Below are positions 29,318 through 38,263 of a DNA stretch of 38,263 bases, one piece after another. Each line of letters begins with the position of its first letter. Position 1 is the first letter of the stretch. The DNA comes from Halopseudomonas sp. GTDB taxonomy: Bacteria > Pseudomonadota > Gammaproteobacteria > Pseudomonadales > Pseudomonadaceae. A program made the translations under genes and the position numbers. A model generated the notes under the pieces. That model was not told the DNA's origin. It made no database searches and was given only the letters and a program-made list of their open reading frames with translations. The DNA is taken from the NCBI GenBank assembly GCA_046496585.1, contig JAWOGT010000198.1, positions 1 to 38,263 of the forward strand, in the 5' to 3' direction.

Positions 29318-30007
29318 CTAAGGTTGTTGTTGGGGCGACTGTTGCTTAGGGGTTGCGACCTTGTCGCGCAGGTATACCGGCTGGGCATCGGCTGCATCCA
29401 GTACCTCGCCGGCCTGCCAACGCGGCAATGCCAGGCTCAACAGATCCCGGGCATCGGGTAACATCTCAGGCCAGGCCGCATCGACCTTGGCCGCCAGACG
29501 ATCAGCATATTGCCAGCCAGTACCGGCGCCCTGGGCCACACCCATGTCCACCGGCAGTAGGACCGCCTCAGGGGCACAAACGCATTCTTTGCCAGCCAGT
29601 TGCATCACCCCCTGCTCCAGGCGATAGCAACCCCAGTAGACCTCGTCCATTCGCGCGTCGATGGCGGCGCACACGGCCTGCGCCTGATGCTCGCGCCAGG
29701 CGCGCTGGGCGAGTGCCGCCAGATTGGAGACCGCAATCACTGGCTTGCCGGTAGCAAAGGCCAGCCCCTGGACCATGCCGGTGGCAATGCGCACGCCGGT
29801 AAAGGCGCCGGGGCCGCGACCAAACACCAGCGCATCGACCTGGTTCAGCGTGAGCCCGGCTTCGACCAACACCTCATCCAGCATGGGCAACAAACGCTGG
29901 GCATGCAGGCGCGGGATCACTTCGAATCGGCTGATCACTTGGCCGTCATGCAGCAGCGCGACCGAACAGGCTTCGGTCGCAGTATCCAGGGCAAGTAGCG
30001 TGGTCAT
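29318..30007 (-). CDS. tsaB: tRNA threonylcarbamoyladenosine biosynthesis protein TsaB
   Basis: LLALDTATEACSVAL, HAQRLLPM, GRGPGAFTGVRIA, IDARMDEVY, PVYLR. Start placed at ATG 30007. Confidence 0.97.
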   Translation of the reverse strand: MTTLLALDTATEACSVALLHDGQVISRFEVIPRLHAQRLLPMLDEVLVEAGLTLNQVDALVFGRGPGAFTGVRIATGMVQGLAFATGKPVIAVSNLAALAQRAWREHQAQAVCAAIDARMDEVYWGCYRLEQGVMQLAGKECVCAPEAVLLPVDMGVAQGAGTGWQYADRLAAKVDAAWPEMLPDARDLLSLALPRWQAGEVLDAADAQPVYLRDKVATPKQQSPQQQP

Positions 30008-30056
30008 GGTCAACTCGTGGCCGTACTCGAAAAAGGGCCTGCATTGTAGCCAATGC

Positions 30057-30092
30057 AAAAGGCCCGTGCGACTAATGTCGGCACGGGCCTTT
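30057..30092 (-). terminator. Intrinsic terminator downstream of adk
   Basis: Plus strand AAAAGGCCCGTGC-GACTAATGTCG-GCACGGGCCTTT; T-tail on the minus strand. Confidence 0.72.
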
Positions 30093-30147
30093 CAGGCAGA
30101 GCAGTTATACACCAGGGGTTATTCACCGCGGCGGGTGAGCTTGACCC

Positions 30148-30867
<720 letters not shown>

Positions 30868-30991
30868 TCAGGTTGGCGCAAAAAACTGTCGCATTCCTGG
30901 GGTATGCTAAATCGGCGTTTAACATACACTTACGCGCAGGCACGCACAAGCCGGACCAAAGTAGAAGCCCGGCTGGCGCGGCGCGGACCGC

Positions 30992-33631
30992 TCACCCGGT
31001 GTTGCGCATACCGGCAGCGATACCCGCCACGGTGACCAACAATGCCCGCTCCAGGTCAGGATCGATCTGCTCACCCTGGGCACGCGTGCGGCCGAGCAGT
31101 TCAGCCTGGAGCAGATGTAGCGGATCGGTATAGGGATTGCGTACCGCGACTGACTCACCGAGCGCCGGGTTATGCGCCAGCAGTCGATCCGTCTGGCGTA
31201 ACGCCAATATCACCTGCATCGCCTCCCCAAGGGAATCGCGCAACCGCGCACCCAGAGGCCACAGCGCCGGATCCGCCAGGCGCTCCTCATAGAAGCGGGC
31301 AATCCCGCCATCGGCTTTGGCCAGCACCATTTCGAGCATTTCAATGCGAGCCAGAAAAAAAGGCCAGTCGCGCATCATCGCGCGCAACCGATCTTGTTCA
31401 CCCGCGTCCATCGACTCACGCAGTGCCTGGCCGGCGCCCAACCAGGCCGGCAGCATCAACCGGGTTTGCGTCCAGGCGAAGATCCACGGGATGGCCCGCA
31501 GGGTTTCTATGCCGCCCTGACTGCGGCGCTTTGCCGGCCGGCTGCCCAACGGCAAACGGGCCAGCTCCTGTTCCGGCGTCGCCTGCCGGAAGTACTCGAC
31601 AAACTGCGGCTCGTCGCGCACCACCCCGCGATAGACTTCGACCGAGCGGGCTGCCAGCGCGTCCATCACATCGCGCCAGGCCGGCTCTGGTGCTGGCGGG
31701 GGTAACAATGTGGCTTCCAGCACCGCACTGAGGTACAGCTGCAAGCTTTGCACGGCGATGTCGGGCAAACCGTACTTAAAGCGGATCATCTCGCCCTGTT
31801 CGGTCACCCGGAACTGACCCTGCACCGAGCCGGGCGGCTGCGAGAGTATCGCCATATGCGCTGGTGCACCGCCGCGGCCGACCGTCCCACCACGGCCATG
31901 AAACAGCCGCAGCCGCACGCCACGGTCACGGCAAACGGCAACCAGCGCTTCCTGCGCACGATACTGTGCCCAGCCAGCGGCCAGTGTGCCGGCATCCTTG
32001 GCCGAATCGGAATAGCCGATCATCACTTCCTGCTCGTCGCCGACCAGACTGCGATAGGCCTCCAGCGCTAGCAAAGCGTCAATCGCCGGTGCCGCAGTGT
32101 TCAGATCATCCAGGGTCTCGAACAAAGGCGCTACGCGCATCGGCCAGCTCAGGTTCACTTCCTTGAGCAGGAGTTTGACCGCCAGTACGTCGGACGGACT
32201 GGAGGCCATGGAAATCACATAAGAGCCCAGCAGCTCGCGTGGCTGCGCGGCAATCACCCGGCAGGTGTCCAGTACTTCGGCGACCTCGGCGCTCGGCTCC
32301 CAGGCCGGGGGCAATAGCGGCCGGGGATTATGCAGTTCTTTCAATAGAAATTCGCAGCGTTGCTGTTCATCCCACTGGGCATAATCGCCCATTTGCAGAT
32401 AGCCGGTCAGCTCGCTCAGCACATCGCTGTGGCGCTGCGCATCCTGGCGAATATCCAGCCGCACCAGGCCCAAACCGAAGGCATTGACCCGGCGCAGAGT
32501 ATCGAGCAACGGCCCGTTGGCGATCAGGGTCATGCCTTGCTCAAGCAGCGAGTCGCGGCATAATTCAAGTGGCTGGCGCAGTTCATCCAGATGCTGCAAC
32601 ACCGCCGCTGAGGGTGGTGTCGGCTGCTTGACCGCTGCAGCAGCCCATTCGCGGGTCGCCTGCAAGCGCTCGCGCACCTGCTTGAGCACCGCGCGATAGG
32701 GCTCGTCGACCGGGCCGGTCAGGGCGATAATCGCCGCGCTCGCCTGCTGCATGGATAATTGGTTGGCCAGGCCTTCAACATCGCGCAAATACAGGTCAGC
32801 GGCCATCCAGCGCCCCAACAACAGTACTTCGCGGGTCACCGCATGCGTCACATTCGGGTTGCCATCGCGGTCACCGCCCATCCATGAGGCAATACTCACC
32901 GGCACCGCGCGGCTGTCCAGGCGTTGGCCGGTCGCGCTATACAGATCTTCGTCCAGCCGGCGCAGAAAGCGTGGCAAGGCCTGCCACAGCGAATGCTCTA
33001 TGACCGCGAAGCCCCACTTGGCTTCGTCCACCGGGGTCGGCCGAGAACGCCGGATTTCGTCCGTGTGCCAGGCTTCACTGATCAGCCGGGCCAGATCAAC
33101 GCGAACCTCTGCGCGCTCAAGCTCACTGAGATCATCATGATCGCGCCGGGCCAGGGCCATGGCGATGGCATCGTATTTCTGAATCAGCGTGCGCCGGGCA
33201 ACTTCGGTGGGATGCGCGGTGAGTACCAGCTCGATATCCAGCGCGCTGACCTGGCTGAGGATACTCGCCGCATCGTGACCCGCGTCCTTGAGCCGTTGCA
33301 GCAGTTCACTGATACAGCGCTGTTCGAACGACAGGGGCTCATCGGCACGCCGCCGGCGTATGCGATGGTATTGCTCGGCAATATTGGCCAGATTGAGAAA
33401 CTGGTTGAAAGCCCGACATACGGGCAATAGCTGGTCATCGGGTAGATCATGCAACGCCGCCAGCAGCGTATCGTGGGCCGCCTGATCGGTCTTGCGACCT
33501 TGCTTGGCGCCCAGGCGGATGCGCTCGATGCGTTGCAAAAAAGCATCACCGAGATGCGTGCGAATGGTCTCGCCCAAGAGTTCGCCCAGTTCATGCACAT
33601 CCTCGCGCAAGCGCGCGTCAATCTCAGTCAT
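30992..33631 (-). CDS. ppc: Phosphoenolpyruvate carboxylase
   Basis: [59 protein letters not shown]-terminal [10 protein letters not shown]. Confidence 0.99.
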   Translation of the reverse strand: MTEIDARLREDVHELGELLGETIRTHLGDAFLQRIERIRLGAKQGRKTDQAAHDTLLAALHDLPDDQLLPVCRAFNQFLNLANIAEQYHRIRRRRADEPLSFEQRCISELLQRLKDAGHDAASILSQVSALDIELVLTAHPTEVARRTLIQKYDAIAMALARRDHDDLSELERAEVRVDLARLISEAWHTDEIRRSRPTPVDEAKWGFAVIEHSLWQALPRFLRRLDEDLYSATGQRLDSRAVPVSIASWMGGDRDGNPNVTHAVTREVLLLGRWMAADLYLRDVEGLANQLSMQQASAAIIALTGPVDEPYRAVLKQVRERLQATREWAAAAVKQPTPPSAAVLQHLDELRQPLELCRDSLLEQGMTLIANGPLLDTLRRVNAFGLGLVRLDIRQDAQRHSDVLSELTGYLQMGDYAQWDEQQRCEFLLKELHNPRPLLPPAWEPSAEVAEVLDTCRVIAAQPRELLGSYVISMASSPSDVLAVKLLLKEVNLSWPMRVAPLFETLDDLNTAAPAIDALLALEAYRSLVGDEQEVMIGYSDSAKDAGTLAAGWAQYRAQEALVAVCRDRGVRLRLFHGRGGTVGRGGAPAHMAILSQPPGSVQGQFRVTEQGEMIRFKYGLPDIAVQSLQLYLSAVLEATLLPPPAPEPAWRDVMDALAARSVEVYRGVVRDEPQFVEYFRQATPEQELARLPLGSRPAKRRSQGGIETLRAIPWIFAWTQTRLMLPAWLGAGQALRESMDAGEQDRLRAMMRDWPFFLARIEMLEMVLAKADGGIARFYEERLADPALWPLGARLRDSLGEAMQVILALRQTDRLLAHNPALGESVAVRNPYTDPLHLLQAELLGRTRAQGEQIDPDLERALLVTVAGIAAGMRNTG

Positions 33632-33710
33632 GCCTCTCTCCCTGGTCTATAAGCCATCCACCACAGAATGCGGTGCCCGAGGCCGTCTGACAACCCCCGC
33701 TTGTGCAACC

Positions 33711-33739
33711 GGAACCGACGCCAGGGTTTACCGGTCGAA
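33711..33739 (+). promoter_or_regulatory. Putative ECF sigma (RpoE/AlgU-type) promoter
   Basis: GGAACCG-N16-GTCGAA, resembling the sigmaE consensus GGAACTT-N15/16-GTCAAA; about 77 bp upstream of ATG 33816. Confidence 0.45.
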
Positions 33740-33815
33740 ACAGGACAGGCGGCTCGGATCAGGACTGGAATTCAGTCAGGGCCGCAGGCGATTCCAAGAC
33801 AGGCAAGGGGGCAGT

Positions 33816-34160
33816 ATGAAAATTCGTGAATTGACCCAGGAGTGGGAACATAGCGCCACGGGGCGGGTGACGCAAAACGACTATCAGGTCAGATTACCAC
33901 TGGAGGATGCTGCGCGACTCGCTGCACTGCACGAGATGTATCCGAAGCGGTCCATCGAGGATCTGCTCACCGACTTGCTCAGCGCGGCGCTGGAGGAGTT
34001 CGAGGCCAGCCTGCCCTATCAGGCCGGCGACAAGGTCATCGCCGTGGATGAATTGGGCGATCCGCTGTACGCTGATGCCGGGCCCACCCCGCGCTACCTG
34101 GAACTCAGTCGCCGGCATCTGAAAACCCTGCTTGAGCAGCAGCAGGAGTCGCAGCACTGA
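33816..34160 (+). CDS. Conserved hypothetical protein (114 aa), probable ribbon-helix-helix fold; from memory, homologues are often labelled 'pilin assembly protein'
   Basis: MKIRELTQEWE...YQVRLPLEDAARLAALHEMYPKRSIEDLLTDLLSAALEEF...PY..G...DELGDPLY.D.GPTPRY; AAGGGGG RBS before ATG 33816. Confidence 0.82.
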   Translation: MKIRELTQEWEHSATGRVTQNDYQVRLPLEDAARLAALHEMYPKRSIEDLLTDLLSAALEEFEASLPYQAGDKVIAVDELGDPLYADAGPTPRYLELSRRHLKTLLEQQQESQH

Positions 34161-34185
34161 GTGTTTGGGGTACTGCAGCCAAGCA

Positions 34186-35004
34186 TCAGAGACCTTGGGT
34201 CTTGGCCTGCTCCCAGAGTTGATCGAGGTACGCCAGGCTTGACTCCTGCACGGTCTCGCCGCGACTGGCGAGACATTGCTCGATAAAGCGAAAGCGCCGC
34301 TCGAATTTTTCATTGCCCTGGCGCAACGCGGTTTCAGCATCCACTTGCAGATGACGGGCCAGATTCACCAAGGCAAATAGCAGGTCACCCATCTCTTCGG
34401 CCACGGCTTGCTCGTCGCCCGCGGCGACCGCTTCGCGCACCTCGGCCAACTCTTCGGCAATCTTGTCGATTACCGGCGCCGCCGCGTTCCAGTCAAAGCC
34501 GGCCTGTGACGCGCGCTTCTGCAACTTCTGCGCGCGACTAAGGGCGGGCAATGCCCTGGGCACGTCGTCCAGCAGCGACAGTTGCTGCGGCCGTTGGGCT
34601 TTCTCGGCCCGCTCTTGTGCCTTGATCGCTTCCCAGCGCTGCTTGACCTGTGCGGATTCAATCTTGATGCTCCCCGCCGGCGTGCGCAAATTCCCGTCAG
34701 GAAACACGTGCGGGTGGCGGCGGACCAGTTTGCGGGTGATGCCATCGACCACCTCGGCCCAGGCAAAATGCCCCGCCTCCTCACCCAACTGAGCGTAATA
34801 GACTACCTGAAACAGCAGATCACCCAACTCACCCGTGAGCTGCGGAAAATCGTGTTCGGCAATGGCATCGGCCACCTCATAAGCCTCTTCCAGCGTATGC
34901 GGCACGATGCTCTCGAAGGTTTGCTGCAGATCCCAGGGGCAGCCATGCTCGGGGTCGCGCAAACGTTGCATCAGGTACAACAGGTCATCCAGCTGATAAC
35001 TCAC
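34186..35004 (-). CDS. mazG: Nucleoside triphosphate pyrophosphohydrolase MazG
   Basis: RLRDPEHGCPWD, EEAYEVADAI, GELGDLLFQVV, KLVRRHPHVF, second domain EELAEV...EEMGDLLF; GTGA overlap with relA. Confidence 0.98.
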   Translation of the reverse strand: MSYQLDDLLYLMQRLRDPEHGCPWDLQQTFESIVPHTLEEAYEVADAIAEHDFPQLTGELGDLLFQVVYYAQLGEEAGHFAWAEVVDGITRKLVRRHPHVFPDGNLRTPAGSIKIESAQVKQRWEAIKAQERAEKAQRPQQLSLLDDVPRALPALSRAQKLQKRASQAGFDWNAAAPVIDKIAEELAEVREAVAAGDEQAVAEEMGDLLFALVNLARHLQVDAETALRQGNEKFERRFRFIEQCLASRGETVQESSLAYLDQLWEQAKTQGL

Positions 35005-37250
35005 GCGCTGGCTTCCTTACGGTTGCGGCGCGCCTCGATCACATTCGGCAACTGGTTGATACGCGCCAACAATCGACCGAGCATATTGATATTGGGCACC
35101 TCTACCGTCAGCAGCATAACCGCATAGTTATCATCCTTGTTGGTCCGGGTGCTGACCTCCAACACATTGATCTTGTCGTTAGCCAGCATCTGCGACACAT
35201 CACGCAGCAGCCCTGAACGATCGTAAGCCTTGATGTAGATTTCCACCGGATAGGTCTGGATCGGCTCACCCCCCCAGCTCACCTCGATCAACCGGTCCGA
35301 ATCCCGATCCTGCAACTGCATGGCCGTGGCGCAATCGGCACGGTGCACGGTGACGCCGCGGCCCAAGGTGATGTAGCCGACGATCGGGTCTCCGGGCACT
35401 GGCTGACAACAACCCGCCAGCTGCGTCAGCAGATTGCCGACGCCCTGGATGAAGACGTCACCCCGACGCGCCGGCTTGCTGGCCTTGCGCACAATCAGCT
35501 CAAGCTGCTCACTGTGATTATCGGGCTCGACCAATTGCTGGGCGACGTTGACCACATGCATCAACCGCACATCACCCGAGCCAACTGCCGCAAACAGGTC
35601 GTCCTGACCTTTAATGCCCAGCTTCTCGATCAGCTGCGCGTAGTCCACGCCGTTCAGCGCCAGGCGGGTCAACTCGCGTTCGAGCATCAACTTGCCAGCC
35701 TGCACGTTCTGCTCGCGCGCCTGCTGTTTGAACCAATGCTGCACCTTGGCCCGGGCCCGCGAGGTGTTGACGTAACCCAGATTGGGGTTCAGCCAGTCAC
35801 GGCTAGGGCTGCTGTGCTTGCCGGTGATGATCTCGACCTGCTCACCGGTTTGCAGTATGTAATTGAGCGGCACGATCCGGCCATTGACCTTGGCGCCACG
35901 GCAGCTGTGACCAATTTCGGTATGAATACGGTAGGCAAAGTCCAGCGGCGTGGCGCCCTTGGGCACGTCCAGCACATGGCCATCCGGGGTAAACAGATAA
36001 ATACGGTCTGGTTCGAAATCCACCCGCAGTTGATCGGCCAAACCGCCGATGTCGCCCATTTCCTCATGCCATTCCAGCACTTGCCGCAACCAGGCAATCT
36101 TGTCTTCATAGGCGTTCGACGCGTGGCTGCTCGCGTCGGTGCCCTTGTACCGCCAATGCGCACACACGCCCAGCTCGGCTTCTTCGTGCATGGCCTGGGT
36201 ACGAATCTGCACTTCCAGTACCTTGCCGCCCGGCCCCACCACCGCGGTATGCAGGGAGCGATAGCCATTTTCCTTGGGGTTGGCAATGTAATCGTCGAAT
36301 TCGTTGGGGATATGTCGCCACAGGCCGTGCACTATGCCCAGCGCGGTATAACAGTCACGCACCTGCGGTACCAGAACGCGCACGGCGCGCACGTCATAGA
36401 CCTGGCTGAAGTCGATACCCTTGCGGCGCATCTTGCGCCAAATGGAATAGATATGTTTGGCCCGGCCGGTGATCTCGGCATGAATGCCGGCCTCCTCCAG
36501 TTCCTGGCGCAGCTGGGTCATGACGTCGTCGATATACTCCTGACGATCGAGTCGGCGCTCGTCGAGCAGCGTGGCAATCTGTTTGTACTGAGCGGGCTCG
36601 AGATAGCGGAAAGACAGATCTTCCAGCTCCCATTTGATATGGCCGATACCCAGCCGGTGCGCCAAGGGCGCGTAGATATCGAACACCTCGCGGGCAACCC
36701 GGTAGCGCTTCGCCTCCGGGGCATCCTTGACCGCACGTATGGCGCAGGTACGCTCTGCCAGCTTGATCAGCGCGACGCGTACATCATCGACCATGGTCAC
36801 CAGCATCTTGCGCAGATTTTCCACCTGCGTCTGGGCGCAGAAGGCGCTGGCCTTGCCGGGATTCTGCGATACGCTGATCGCCGCCATGCGCTGCACGCCA
36901 TCCACCAGACCCGCCACAGTGGCACCAAACCGGCGTTCCACCTCAGTCAGATCGGTCTTGCGTTCACGCACCGCGCGATAGACCACGGCCGCCACCAGGG
37001 AATCCTGGTCGAGTTTCAGTTCGGCCAGGATTTCGGCCATTTCCAGGCCGGTAAGATAGCTACTGGCGCCATCGGACCAGATATTCTCGGCGGCAATGGC
37101 TGCCTGCTCAAGCTCCAGCGCCCACTCGCACGCTTCCTGCAGGACTGCCGGAGAAGTCAGCGGCACGCGCTGCTGCATGCGCGCTATCCAGGCGTCGATA
37201 TTGACGCTGCCATCCCCATTGGTCGGATGCAGTGCTCTGACCTGGACCAT
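35001..37250 (-). CDS. relA: GTP diphosphokinase RelA ((p)ppGpp synthetase)
   Basis: Degenerate hydrolase domain (no HD), YAPLAHRLGI, GRAKHIYSIWRKM, EFDDYIANPKENGYRSLHT, TGS (TPLDFAY), ZFD (CCQPVPGD) and ACT domains. Confidence 0.98.
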   Translation of the reverse strand: MVQVRALHPTNGDGSVNIDAWIARMQQRVPLTSPAVLQEACEWALELEQAAIAAENIWSDGASSYLTGLEMAEILAELKLDQDSLVAAVVYRAVRERKTDLTEVERRFGATVAGLVDGVQRMAAISVSQNPGKASAFCAQTQVENLRKMLVTMVDDVRVALIKLAERTCAIRAVKDAPEAKRYRVAREVFDIYAPLAHRLGIGHIKWELEDLSFRYLEPAQYKQIATLLDERRLDRQEYIDDVMTQLRQELEEAGIHAEITGRAKHIYSIWRKMRRKGIDFSQVYDVRAVRVLVPQVRDCYTALGIVHGLWRHIPNEFDDYIANPKENGYRSLHTAVVGPGGKVLEVQIRTQAMHEEAELGVCAHWRYKGTDASSHASNAYEDKIAWLRQVLEWHEEMGDIGGLADQLRVDFEPDRIYLFTPDGHVLDVPKGATPLDFAYRIHTEIGHSCRGAKVNGRIVPLNYILQTGEQVEIITGKHSSPSRDWLNPNLGYVNTSRARAKVQHWFKQQAREQNVQAGKLMLERELTRLALNGVDYAQLIEKLGIKGQDDLFAAVGSGDVRLMHVVNVAQQLVEPDNHSEQLELIVRKASKPARRGDVFIQGVGNLLTQLAGCCQPVPGDPIVGYITLGRGVTVHRADCATAMQLQDRDSDRLIEVSWGGEPIQTYPVEIYIKAYDRSGLLRDVSQMLANDKINVLEVSTRTNKDDNYAVMLLTVEVPNINMLGRLLARINQLPNVIEARRNRKEASA

Positions 37251-37302
37251 TAGAACCTGGCCCGAATGTGCTGCAATGTACTAGACACTAAACCTTCCTT
37301 TG

Positions 37303-38263
37303 CTAAAGGCGCAATACCGGTTTGACCTTGCTCCCAGCGACGAACAGCGCCATGGCTTCCACGTGCGCGGTCTGCGGAAACATATCCATAATGCCCGCCT
37401 GTACCAGGCGATAACCCCGGGCGGCAAGCAATCCCGCATCCCGCGCCAGCGTGGCCGGGTTGCATGAGACATACAAAATCCTGCCGACTGCCTTGTCAGC
37501 CAAGTGTTGCACAAGGTGCTCGGCACCATCCCGCGGCGGATCCAGTAAGGCCGCGTCACACTGTTTGCCAAGCCAGTCGGCATTCTCGGATTTGGACAGG
37601 TCCGCCTGTAAAAAGTGCAGCGACCCCAGCTGATTATTCTGCGCATTGGTCTGCGCTCGCTGAACCATCTCGGCACTGCCCTCCAGCGCCGTGACGTGCG
37701 CTCCGGCACGCGCCAACGGCAAGGCAAAGTTGCCGACGCCACAGAAGAGATCCAGCACCTGTTCGCCGGGCTGGACTGCCAACCAGTCCAGCGCCTGGTT
37801 AACCATCATCTGGTTGATCTGCGCGTTCACCTGGATAAAATCGCCCGGCATGAATTCGAAGCGCAGAGCCTGGTCCGGCAAGTGGTAGGCAGGCAGGCCC
37901 TGATCAGCACCATCAACCCGCTGCAACGTGTCCGGCTCACCCGGCTGCAACCAGCAACTGGCCCCGTGCTGATCGGCCAGCCGCTGCAGCGCCTGCAGAT
38001 CAGCTTCTGACAAGGCCTGCATATGTCGCACCAGGATCACCGGCGCCTCAGCGCCAATCAGCTCGACATGGCCGAGCCCGGCACGCCCATCCAGGCTCTT
38101 GAGCAGCGGCACTAACGCCTGCAGCAACGCTTCCAGGGCCGGCACCAGAACCGGGCATTCATGCACTTCGACCAGCTCACTGCTGCTGCGCTGGCGATAG
38201 CCCACGTCCAGGACCCCAAGCCGCTTGTCCCAGCGCATGGCCAGGCGTGTCCGCTGCCGATAG
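37303..38263 (-). CDS. rlmD: 23S rRNA (uracil(1939)-C5)-methyltransferase RlmD (3' part; 5' end beyond the window)
   Basis: DFIQVN, LDLFCGVGNF, LLDPPRDG, YVSCNPATLARD, DMFPQTAHVE; frame open to the window end (YRQRTRL...); canonical position upstream of relA. Confidence 0.96.
   Translation of the reverse strand, partial: YRQRTRLAMRWDKRLGVLDVGYRQRSSSELVEVHECPVLVPALEALLQALVPLLKSLDGRAGLGHVELIGAEAPVILVRHMQALSEADLQALQRLADQHGASCWLQPGEPDTLQRVDGADQGLPAYHLPDQALRFEFMPGDFIQVNAQINQMMVNQALDWLAVQPGEQVLDLFCGVGNFALPLARAGAHVTALEGSAEMVQRAQTNAQNNQLGSLHFLQADLSKSENADWLGKQCDAALLDPPRDGAEHLVQHLADKAVGRILYVSCNPATLARDAGLLAARGYRLVQAGIMDMFPQTAHVEAMALFVAGSKVKPVLRL

Noticed and set aside
33492-33815. Extended start for the RHH-like gene; likewise the long track starts for tsf, rpsB, dapC, adk, tsaB and the ABC ATPase
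   Set aside because: The extensions overlap neighbouring genes, terminators or leaders; shorter starts match family N-termini and mostly have clear RBSs.
34186-35004. mazG as a sign of a toxin-antitoxin or anti-phage locus
   Set aside because: It is the two-domain housekeeping MazG overlapping relA; no mazEF or defence genes are adjacent.
35343-37253. 636-aa plus-strand ORF
   Set aside because: Antisense shadow of relA; no domain signature.

Overview
This is a core-genome segment from a GC-rich gammaproteobacterium, most likely Pseudomonadaceae; a Halopseudomonas-like placement is inferred from protein similarity and gene order only. On the minus strand, reading right to left, lies rpsB-tsf-pyrH-frr-uppS-cdsA-dxr-rseP-bamA (bamA truncated by the window edge), with the t44/S2 leader and an extended -10 promoter. 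Divergent from it is map-glnD-dapC-yffB(ArsC family)-dapD, followed by a convergent tcdA. Next come an orphan spermidine-synthase-like SAM-binding protein coupled to rlmF, then dapE-rlmA-like-hypothetical-trxC. A four-gene GldA/GldF/GldG-like ABC plus DUF4340 operon is divergent from plsB. The right part holds rsmJ, a 104-aa hypothetical, tsaB, adk, ppc, a 114-aa probable ribbon-helix-helix protein, and rlmD(partial)-relA-mazG. I found no tRNA/rRNA, CRISPR array, transposase, integrase or prophage gene, and no clearly novel multi-gene system. Five leads remain, all hypotheses: (1) a ~110-bp branched hairpin downstream of trxC with two CsrA/RsmA-type CAGGGAUG loops; (2) inverted heptamer arrays flanking the dapD/tcdA terminator, plus a 14-bp repeat carrying the rlmF stop; (3) the function-unknown Gld-like/DUF4340 exporter; (4) the RHH-like protein behind a sigmaE/AlgU-like promoter, divergent from ppc; (5) the orphan SAM-binding protein among RNA-modification genes.
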